NCBI GenBank assembly: GCA_016839785.1
Contig: JAEOTQ010000216.1
Span: forward strand, 1-23,962
Length of the DNA stretch: 23,962 nucleotides
Reading direction: 5' to 3'
DNA from: Candidatus Hodarchaeota archaeon
GTDB lineage: Archaea; Asgardarchaeota; Heimdallarchaeia; Hodarchaeales; Hodarchaeaceae
The notes below the pieces were generated by a model. The model saw only the letters and a program-made list of their open reading frames with translations. It was not told where the DNA came from and searched no databases. Numbering within the stretch: the stretch's first letter is position 1; every line of letters begins with the position of its first letter. This document shows, one piece after another, positions 16,710-23,962 of the stretch. A program made the position numbers and the translations under genes.

Positions 16710-17939
16710 ATGGGTAGAAATAAGAATTATATTGGATACAAAGCATATGAATACTTAACTCCAGGAATTGATTACCGAGCCTTCAATTTACGAAAGGCAA
16801 TCAAAAAGGAATGGGCATATTCTGTCCCTCTTTCAAAGACTGAAGAAGAAAGGGTAGAGGAAATTCTTGAAAAGAACATAGTGATCGATTTACACGAGCA
16901 TCCAACAATGATGCCTGAAAATGCTAGTGAATCCAGTGCTTTATCAAGAGAAGGACGTGAATACCTGGCTTATGAGGCGCTTAGTAAGTCAGGTTTAGAT
17001 GCTGTGTTTGATAATTTGATGAATGGTAGTTGTAATATTACAAGTAAACATGGGTGGAAATGGAGTGATACAATTCATGATTTAGGCCAGCGATTATGTG
17101 ATATTGCTCATCAAGATTTTGTAATTCATTGTAAATCTGTGAATGACATACTGACAGCTTTTGAAACTGGGAAACTCGCCTGGATTGCAGTTCTTGAGTC
17201 TGTTTCGAGTATTGAAAATGAAGTTGATCGATTGGATATTCTCTATGGTCTGGGGATACGATCAATGGGTCTTAATTACAGTGAATCTAATATGCTCGGA
17301 TCAGGACTTGGTGAAATTCGGGATGGAGGACTGACAGATTTTGGTTATGATTGTATAATTCGCATGAACAAGTTAGGAGTGCTAATTGATCTGAGTCATC
17401 TGAGTGATTTGACGGCGTTAGATGCAATTGAATCAAGTAAAAAATCTGTAATTGTCTCACATGCGGGTGTACGAGCCTTAAATCCCATTGCTCGAATGTT
17501 TCCAGATGAAGTTATTCAAGCATTAGCTGAAAGCGGAGGATTGATAGGGATTGAGGCAGCTCCAGGGTATACAGCCACAAAAGATGATCCAATTCCAAGT
17601 ATTGAGACATACATGAATCATCTCGAATACTGCATTGACTTAGTAGGCATAGATAGTGTTGGTTGTGGTCCTGATAGTTTCTATGGGGATCATGTCGGTT
17701 TATATCGTCTAGAAGATGAGGAGCTAAAGGTAGGAGGTTTTGGACATTATACGAGGCCTGGTCGAAGAGGGGATGGGTTAGTGGTCTCAACTCTACCAGA
17801 TTATGTTAAAGGAATGGAAAACCCAACAGAATGCCTCCAAAATATCACCCGATGGATGGTCAAACATGGGTACTCTGATTCTGATATTGCTAAAATAATT
17901 GGTAGAAATGCATTGAATCTATTAGAAAAGGTTTGGTGA
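16710..17939 (+). CDS. M19 membrane dipeptidase family protein
   Basis: DLHEH, DGGLTDFG...RMNKLGVLIDLSH, VSHAG, ESGGLIG, GIDSVGCGPD and KIIGRNA. Starts 6 nt after the racemase. Confidence 0.9.
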   Translation: MGRNKNYIGYKAYEYLTPGIDYRAFNLRKAIKKEWAYSVPLSKTEEERVEEILEKNIVIDLHEHPTMMPENASESSALSREGREYLAYEALSKSGLDAVFDNLMNGSCNITSKHGWKWSDTIHDLGQRLCDIAHQDFVIHCKSVNDILTAFETGKLAWIAVLESVSSIENEVDRLDILYGLGIRSMGLNYSESNMLGSGLGEIRDGGLTDFGYDCIIRMNKLGVLIDLSHLSDLTALDAIESSKKSVIVSHAGVRALNPIARMFPDEVIQALAESGGLIGIEAAPGYTATKDDPIPSIETYMNHLEYCIDLVGIDSVGCGPDSFYGDHVGLYRLEDEELKVGGFGHYTRPGRRGDGLVVSTLPDYVKGMENPTECLQNITRWMVKHGYSDSDIAKIIGRNALNLLEKVW

Positions 17940-17970
17940 GAGGAGAGGATTCCTCCTTTTTCTTTTATTT
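17938..17970 (+). terminator. Short hairpin plus T-tract after the dipeptidase
   Basis: AGGAG (17941-17945) pairs with CTCCT (17953-17957), followed by TTTTCTTTTATTT, between convergent genes. Confidence 0.5.
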
Positions 17971-18009
17971 AAGAGTTAATAATCTAATTCTCTCATTTGT
18001 CCAAAGGAT

Positions 18010-19230
18010 TCAGGTAATATTCATATTTTGTTGATCTTCTTTTTCCTCTATCTTATCCATATAATAAAAAACTCCAATAATTATGAAAGTTCCAAAGAAG
18101 GTGACTACTAAGAGGGGAGGAAATCCTAGAATTGGGAAAAGAAAACCTGCGACTCCAGCAGAAGGAACACGACCTAGACGCTGGATAAATGCAAGAATAC
18201 CAAAATTTGTTGCAGGTGCATTCGAATCTATAGAGATAAAACTCAGAGTGACGGATGGTCGCCAAAAGGCGACTACAGCTCCTAGAAATCCATAAGCGAT
18301 GGTAATTAACTCTTGAGCATGATCAGGTATGGAAAACGCGGTGAAAACCAGTATGATCCATATTATCCCCACGAATTCTCCTACAATAAGCCCTGCCACT
18401 CTACCAAATTTGTCAACAAATACTCCTGCAGGATAAGCAAGAAGGACCATGATAATTGTTTCAACAAGAGTCAAAGTCGCAATAAATGATATATCTACTT
18501 TAAATACAAGGATATATATTGCATTGGCAATAGAAAGTGGTAAACCCCATATAAATGCATCTATTGCAAAGGTAAATGCAATTAATCGCGAAGTTGGATT
18601 ACTCAATATTTTGATCAGGGGAAAATGCAGTTTTTTGATATTCGGTTTAATATCGTGAAGCAGAAGGAAATTGATTATGAGACTAATAAGAATTAAGAAT
18701 AATCCAAGTTGGAAGAAGAATGTGAAATCCATATCTCCAACCCTGAGCAAGAAGGAGGCAGTTATACCAGCAAGATAAGATGAATTGTATATAAACGAAA
18801 ATGCTAAGCCACGATTTTTGGTAGAAGATTCGAAAATTAGACCCTGTAAGGGGGCATCATATAATCCCACCCCTAAATTGAAAAGAATAATACTTGGTAA
18901 TAGGAGATAGATATCTGTTATTCCTGTAGCGAATCCTAGTAATCCCAAGATGCTTAAAATCTGACCAAAGACGATATTTCTTTTTCTTCCATATATATCT
19001 GATAGAAATCCTAGGATTAAGGGTAAAACTGCTGCAAGCGATCCAATAGATAATATTAAACCTAGAATCTGGGCAACAGATTGATTTGTTTCATATATAG
19101 AGACTAAATATGGCTGAATTTGAATCATAAATACAAAATTGACAAAGCCCCAGAGAAAATTGGTAACTGCTAGAGTATAGATATTTAAATTTAAGTAAGA
19201 CACTGTTTTCACTAGTCTGAACCTCATCAA
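18010..19230 (-). CDS. MFS transporter
   Basis: About 12 TMs, motif A GFLSDIYGRKR and its repeat GVFVDKFGR. Confidence 0.9.
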   Translation of the reverse strand: MMRFRLVKTVSYLNLNIYTLAVTNFLWGFVNFVFMIQIQPYLVSIYETNQSVAQILGLILSIGSLAAVLPLILGFLSDIYGRKRNIVFGQILSILGLLGFATGITDIYLLLPSIILFNLGVGLYDAPLQGLIFESSTKNRGLAFSFIYNSSYLAGITASFLLRVGDMDFTFFFQLGLFLILISLIINFLLLHDIKPNIKKLHFPLIKILSNPTSRLIAFTFAIDAFIWGLPLSIANAIYILVFKVDISFIATLTLVETIIMVLLAYPAGVFVDKFGRVAGLIVGEFVGIIWIILVFTAFSIPDHAQELITIAYGFLGAVVAFWRPSVTLSFISIDSNAPATNFGILAFIQRLGRVPSAGVAGFLFPILGFPPLLVVTFFGTFIIIGVFYYMDKIEEKEDQQNMNIT

Positions 19231-19503
19231 TCCTTCGAATTTAGCTATGGACAGTTATTTGAGATCTATTAATCTCTAATACCCAAATCATTTCATATTT
19301 TCTGATTATTGTTACTTAAATAAATGATATGCCCGATGCACTCATTGACTATAAGCCTCTATGGGTACAGTAACTAGAACAAGTGAGTAACCCACAGAAT
19401 AAAAGAATGAAATAACAGACATTATGGAACTAAACATTGTTAAAAGCTAAGAATTTTATTTTCAAGAACTCCTCTTTGTACTAATATTCTGGTGTAAATT
19501 CTA

Positions 19504-20610
19504 ATGAAAGATATAAAAATCGGTAGCGCTAAAAGCGAATCTGGAAAATTAACCTACGGATTCATAGATGGTCTCGAGCTTCCCACAGGGACCATAGAAA
19601 AGATTCCAGTTATAATTGCTCAAGGTCTTGAGGATGGGCCGACCTTCTTTTTGACTGCAAATGTTCATGGCTTCGAACTCACTGGAGTGGCTGTTATTCA
19701 TGAATTAATGACTGAAAAATTGGCCCAAGAATTGAAAGGGACTTTAGTTGCAATTCCTACACTAAACCCTTCTGCTCTCCGACGATATCATCATAAAGCA
19801 ATATATGACGATAGAGATCCAAATAGATTATTTCCAGAAGGAAAATTTGCCGAAAAGGCAAGTGAGAACGGTGATAATGAATATCCTACCCTGTTTGAGC
19901 ATATAACAAACAAAGTCTACTCATATTTTGAGAAATATGCAGATTTCCACATCGATTTCCATAATCACTCACAGCTATCGATCCCCTACTCGATTTTGGA
20001 TCGATTATTTTATGAAGATGAAGCTCAAAAAGAAGACGCTCAAAAACTCCTTGATCGACAAAAAGAGATGGTAGAGTCTTTTGGAATGCTAGTGTGTGCT
20101 GAATTTCCAGCTAACAAATATTTAAAGAAGAAGCTACATAGATCAGTTTCTGGTTCGACATTTAACAGTTTACGAATTCCTGCGTTTACTGCAGAGCTTG
20201 GAGAAAATCGGTTTTTAGTACCAGAGGTAATCATTGGCTCTGTAAAAGGAACTAGCAATGTTCTCAAATGGGCTGGAATGCTCGAGGGGCCAATTGAAGA
20301 AATAACAGAATTTCCAGTACCAAAACCAAAAGAACGAACCCGAAGATTTGATCATCCACGAGTAAAACGATCAGGAATTGTCCGGTTTATTGTGAAACCA
20401 GGAGATCATGTAACTAAAGGACAACCAATAGCAAAGTTGACTGATATTCTAGGAAGACCTCTTGATGATGGATACATACGAACTGAGTATGATGGTGTTA
20501 TGGTAGCTCTTCAAACCAAGATGACCGTTTATCCAAATGATACAATAGCCGAAATGGGAATAAAAGATGATTATCCTTTGTTAGCCCAAATGCCATCCAA
20601 AAAAGTCTAA
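19504..20610 (+). CDS. Succinylglutamate desuccinylase/aspartoacylase family (AstE/AspA, M14-like)
   Basis: VHGFE Zn motif, DPNRLFP, IDFH, TAELG, and a C-terminal barrel-sandwich hybrid segment (VKPGDHVTKGQ). Confidence 0.88.
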   Translation: MKDIKIGSAKSESGKLTYGFIDGLELPTGTIEKIPVIIAQGLEDGPTFFLTANVHGFELTGVAVIHELMTEKLAQELKGTLVAIPTLNPSALRRYHHKAIYDDRDPNRLFPEGKFAEKASENGDNEYPTLFEHITNKVYSYFEKYADFHIDFHNHSQLSIPYSILDRLFYEDEAQKEDAQKLLDRQKEMVESFGMLVCAEFPANKYLKKKLHRSVSGSTFNSLRIPAFTAELGENRFLVPEVIIGSVKGTSNVLKWAGMLEGPIEEITEFPVPKPKERTRRFDHPRVKRSGIVRFIVKPGDHVTKGQPIAKLTDILGRPLDDGYIRTEYDGVMVALQTKMTVYPNDTIAEMGIKDDYPLLAQMPSKKV

Positions 20611-20654
20611 TTATACAAGGATAATTTCGAATGAATGAAGTGAGAAATTTGTAA

Positions 20655-21791
20655 TTAACAACCCACTATTCCTTTTTTCAGTAACATTTCTAGTTTGTCC
20701 TCTATTCCTAGCTCAGATAAGATTTCCTGAGTATGTTCCCCTAATCTTGGAGCCATTCGTATATTATTTGACATTTTGGGGTTCAAATAAGGAGAAGATA
20801 TCAGTTGAATCATACCCAAGTGTGAGTGATCTACCTCAGTCAATCTATTCTTCTTCTTGAAGACCTCTTCCAAGTTAAGGACTTCTCCACCTGGAATATC
20901 AAACTTTGTAAATAATTTTGTCCATTCATTAGTTGTCCGTGACTGAAAGATTCGAGGGAGTTCTTTCTCACATAATTCTAAGTCATGTTGATTATTTAAT
21001 AAATCGGATCGATTTATCGCATTACAGAAATTAATCCAAAATTTACTCTCAATAGGAGCAAACGAGATGAAACCTGAATTCTTCGTTTTGTAGACACTAT
21101 ACCATGGGATATATCCAGAAAGAGTATGCAAGGTTCTTTCTGGTTGACCTGACCCTGTTAGATATCCAGCCGCTACAACAGATAACCATGGGAGAAGGTG
21201 TTCAACCATCGATATGTCAAAATACTGAGGTTCATCCTTTCTTTGGAGTAAAGCACTTAATACCGTGATTACTGTAGGTAAACTTCCACCACCTATATCT
21301 GCAATTGGAACACCAGGAACTATTGGGTAATCTTGAGGGCCAGTAATATTTAAAATTCCAGCCTCGCCAATATAGTTTAAATCATGGCCTACCCTGTCAT
21401 CAGTAGACCCAAATCCCGTCAATTGACAGTAAATCAGTTTTGAATTAAGTTTAGAAAGAGTTTCGAAATCTATCTTTAATTTCTTTACAGTTAAAGGTCT
21501 GAATCCAGTTATCACAACATCAGTAGTTTCAACAAGATCATAAAATATTTCTAATCCTTCGTTTTGTTTTAAATCGACAGCTAAAGAACGTTTATTACGA
21601 TTTAATAATAGATTTAGCTGTGTATCGTCATCAACGAAGGGAGGATAAAAACGTATGGGATCTCCAGTTAAGGATTCAATTTTAATAACATCTGCGCCAA
21701 AATCACCTAAAATTTGAGTTGCTAGCGGTCCAGGAAGATTTATGGTTAAGTCTAATACTCTTATTCCATCGAGTGCAGTACGTAAAGGCAT
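20655..21791 (-). CDS. CoA-transferase family III (CaiB/BaiF), AMACR-like branch
   Basis: LDGIRVLDL, PGP...GADVIKIE, NRNKRS, GHDLNY, ADIGGG and APRLGEHT. Confidence 0.9.
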   Translation of the reverse strand: MPLRTALDGIRVLDLTINLPGPLATQILGDFGADVIKIESLTGDPIRFYPPFVDDDTQLNLLLNRNKRSLAVDLKQNEGLEIFYDLVETTDVVITGFRPLTVKKLKIDFETLSKLNSKLIYCQLTGFGSTDDRVGHDLNYIGEAGILNITGPQDYPIVPGVPIADIGGGSLPTVITVLSALLQRKDEPQYFDISMVEHLLPWLSVVAAGYLTGSGQPERTLHTLSGYIPWYSVYKTKNSGFISFAPIESKFWINFCNAINRSDLLNNQHDLELCEKELPRIFQSRTTNEWTKLFTKFDIPGGEVLNLEEVFKKKNRLTEVDHSHLGMIQLISSPYLNPKMSNNIRMAPRLGEHTQEILSELGIEDKLEMLLKKGIVGC

Positions 21792-21846
21792 TTTTTATAT
21801 GAGACCTGTTTACATTTTTTGTTATCATTTAGAGGACAAGTACGTG

Positions 21847-22905
21847 TCAATCTATATAGCTTTTTCCATACTTCTCCTCTAGTTCCTTTGCGATTCTATT
21901 TGTCCTGGCTCTTTTAGAGATTGCGAAAATGGTTAATCTTAATGCGATAAGCGCAAAGACAAGAATAAACAGGGGCCACGAGTAAAAAACTAATCTATTG
22001 TCATAATTTATTGCTAGATGTTCTTTGACTATATCAATTTGCACACTACTTTCGTACACACCGAGTATATCAGTATAAACATTAAAATAAAGTACAGTTT
22101 CAGTCTCTTCCGTTGCCTTGCATTGAATAATTATTTCATATAGAATAGAGCTTTTGTTTGGCAGAGTATCTAAAAATGTGAAAGAAGTCGATGTAATCTC
22201 AATCAGATCAGTTTCGAAGGACAACTGAAAAGTGAGATTTTTTAGGTTAGAATCACCACTATTTGTTAATTTATAGGTTAGAGTAGCATTTTCCTCAAAA
22301 GCTAATTCGAGTGTCGGTAGGACTCCTCCTAGTTCGAGTGGACCTTCGAGATCTAATAATGGATATTGAATCGAAATTCCAAAAAGACCATAATTAGCTT
22401 CACCCCAACTCGTATACTCACCCTCATACCACGAATACGAATCAACTGTTTGCTCACTGGTATCTTGATATAGGTATATATAACCAATCACCAACGGATC
22501 ATTTAATTTCGTGGGAGAAGCAGTGACCGTATAATTAGTTTTTATTGTCTCAAGTGGTTCCAGTGACCCAAGAAAATGTGTATCATTTTCTCCTTCAGCT
22601 AGGTAAAGCGTACCATCTTGATCCCAATCAAGAGTAGTTGAAATATCAGTCCACGCTTGATTACTCAGTTCTGTAATCTCTACAGTAATATTTACAATTT
22701 CCCAATATTCAATAAAAAACTTTGGATTAGAAATATCGATTCGGAAATTTGCTCCAGCGGTGATCTTCTTACTAATCTGGCTGTTTGGCTTAGAATTGAA
22801 GATAGGTTCCTTATCTGTTGAAATAGATACCATACAGACAGACAGTACAATTATGCTAAGGAGAAAAATCGGTTTAAGAGAGAAATTGCTTAATCTAACC
22901 AACAT
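21847..22905 (-). CDS. Exported, C-terminally anchored protein with beta-rich CARDB/Ig-like domains
   Basis: N-terminal hydrophobic signal, acidic beta-strand pattern (LGSLEPLE; LTNSGDSNLKNL), and a C-terminal TM followed by a basic tail. Overlaps the oppF-like stop by 16 nt. Confidence 0.65.
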   Translation of the reverse strand: MLVRLSNFSLKPIFLLSIIVLSVCMVSISTDKEPIFNSKPNSQISKKITAGANFRIDISNPKFFIEYWEIVNITVEITELSNQAWTDISTTLDWDQDGTLYLAEGENDTHFLGSLEPLETIKTNYTVTASPTKLNDPLVIGYIYLYQDTSEQTVDSYSWYEGEYTSWGEANYGLFGISIQYPLLDLEGPLELGGVLPTLELAFEENATLTYKLTNSGDSNLKNLTFQLSFETDLIEITSTSFTFLDTLPNKSSILYEIIIQCKATEETETVLYFNVYTDILGVYESSVQIDIVKEHLAINYDNRLVFYSWPLFILVFALIALRLTIFAISKRARTNRIAKELEEKYGKSYID

Positions 22906-23876
22906 GCTGATAAACGTCCGTGTTTCATTAACAGTTCTGGTTCTTCATCTAAACATTTTTCAAAAGCGAAAGGGCAACGTGGAGAAAATCTACATCCAGG
23001 AGGAAGATGAATTGCTGTTGGAATTTCTCCTTCTATATCAATTCTGGTTCTTTTTGCATCAGGATCAGGAATCGGGACATTAGAGATTAGTGCTTTTGTA
23101 TATGGATGATGTGGAGATTTTATCACGAGGTTGATTTCCCCTTTCTCAATAATTTTTCCAAGATATAATAGGATGAGGGTATCACCTAAATAACGTGCTT
23201 GTGCGAGATCATGGGTTATGAATAAAATACCCATATTGTATCGAGCTTGTAAATCTTGTAGAAGATTTAGAATTTCAATTCTCGTGTTTGCATCAAGCAT
23301 ACTGGCTGGTTCGTCTGCAATTATGAATTCTGGTCCTACAATTAATGCTCGTGCAATCGAAACCCGCTGTCTTTGCCCTCCTGATAATTCATGTGGATAT
23401 CTATGATTGAATTCCTCTGCAGGATATAATCCCACATCTTCTAGAGCTTTTATAACCCTAGGTGCTACTTCTTTTCCCGGACAGATTTTCATTAGATGCA
23501 ACGGTTCACTAACAATTTCAAAAATAGTCATTCTTGGATCAAGAGACTCATAGGGATTTTGAAATACTATCTGCATATTTCTTCTTAATTTTCGAATTGC
23601 TGATTGCTTTAAACCAGCAATATCATTTCCTTTAAAAATAATCTGGCCTCCAGTAGCGTCTTCCAGCCTTATAATAAGTCTAGCGGCGGTCGTTTTTCCA
23701 GATCCACTTTCTCCAACTAAACAGACTACTTCTCCTTTTTTGATATTAAAAGAAATATTATCTACAGCTCTTACAAATTCCTTTTTACCAGAAAAGCTAG
23801 AAAAAAGCCCTGTTCGAACAGGAAACCACTTTATTAGGTCTTTTATTTCGAAAATAAGTTCTGAATCGGAACTCAT
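22890..23876 (-). CDS. oppF: Oligopeptide/dipeptide ABC transporter ATP-binding subunit (OppF/DppF)
   Basis: GESGSGKT, YPHELSGGQRQR, ADEP, HPYT and the C-terminal GCRFSPRC...C...C. ATG 23876 forms an ATGA overlap with the upstream gene. Confidence 0.92.
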   Translation of the reverse strand: MSSDSELIFEIKDLIKWFPVRTGLFSSFSGKKEFVRAVDNISFNIKKGEVVCLVGESGSGKTTAARLIIRLEDATGGQIIFKGNDIAGLKQSAIRKLRRNMQIVFQNPYESLDPRMTIFEIVSEPLHLMKICPGKEVAPRVIKALEDVGLYPAEEFNHRYPHELSGGQRQRVSIARALIVGPEFIIADEPASMLDANTRIEILNLLQDLQARYNMGILFITHDLAQARYLGDTLILLYLGKIIEKGEINLVIKSPHHPYTKALISNVPIPDPDAKRTRIDIEGEIPTAIHLPPGCRFSPRCPFAFEKCLDEEPELLMKHGRLSACWLD

Positions 23877-23962
23877 GGAAAATCCTCTCCTGCGTGATAG
23901 CATGCAACATAGTGACGTGATGTAGAAAATCTTTCAAAAGGTGGGTGTTCTTTTTTACATTC
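23873..23962 (-). CDS. oppD: 3' end of an OppD/DppD-like ABC ATPase (partial, not in the ORF track)
   Basis: Minus strand from 23962 reads ECKKEHPPFERFSTSRHYVACYHAGEDFP*, the typical C..E.P...H.VAC tail. The stop at 23875-23873 overlaps the next ATG. Confidence 0.75.
   Translation of the reverse strand, partial: ECKKEHPPFERFSTSRHYVACYHAGEDFP

Noticed and set aside
22890-23000. Four-Cys tail of the OppF-like ATPase as a novelty
   Set aside because: This is the known C-terminal Cys motif of oligopeptide ABC ATPases (Fe-S binding in characterised DppD/OppD).
22760-23925. Plus-strand ORFs 22760..23083, 23218..23406 and 23740..23925
   Set aside because: Antisense to well-supported genes.
1-23962. 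CRISPR arrays, tRNA/rRNA, transposases, integrases and defence systems
   Set aside because: No regularly spaced repeats, cloverleaf-like GC-rich segments or matching protein motifs were seen by eye, and all intergenic gaps are under 300 nt.

Overview
AT-rich, densely coding prokaryotic window of about 24 protein genes. I saw no rRNA, tRNA, CRISPR array or mobile element. GGTGA/AGGTG-type ribosome-binding sites, TATA-like boxes and a TSP3-repeat/TM/RING-like protein suggest an archaeon, possibly Asgard (Heimdallarchaeia/Hodarchaeales); this is inference only. In order: a metal-uptake group (partial His/Cys membrane protein, UreH/NicO-type Ni/Co permease, ZIP); a Cys-rich membrane-protein gene broken by two stops and a frameshift; an RCK/TrkA channel-like protein without a GYG filter; a bacterial-type triosephosphate isomerase with a remodelled lid loop; a dodecin; a GbsR/MarR regulator with an ABC-2 exporter and tandem palindromic sites; an ABHD13/17-like hydrolase, an Aur1/IPC-synthase-like PAP2 protein, an ACT protein and a YqiA esterase; two tandem unknown 4-Cys proteins; an M20 amidohydrolase; the TSP3-TM-RING-like protein; hydantoin racemase, M19 dipeptidase, MFS, AstE/AspA and an AMACR-like CoA-transferase; and an Ig-like membrane-anchored protein coupled to the end of an opp/dpp operon. 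The strongest candidates for new biology are the receptor-like RING protein, the tandem 4-Cys pair and the altered TPI. All family calls come from motif recognition by eye; no searches were run.
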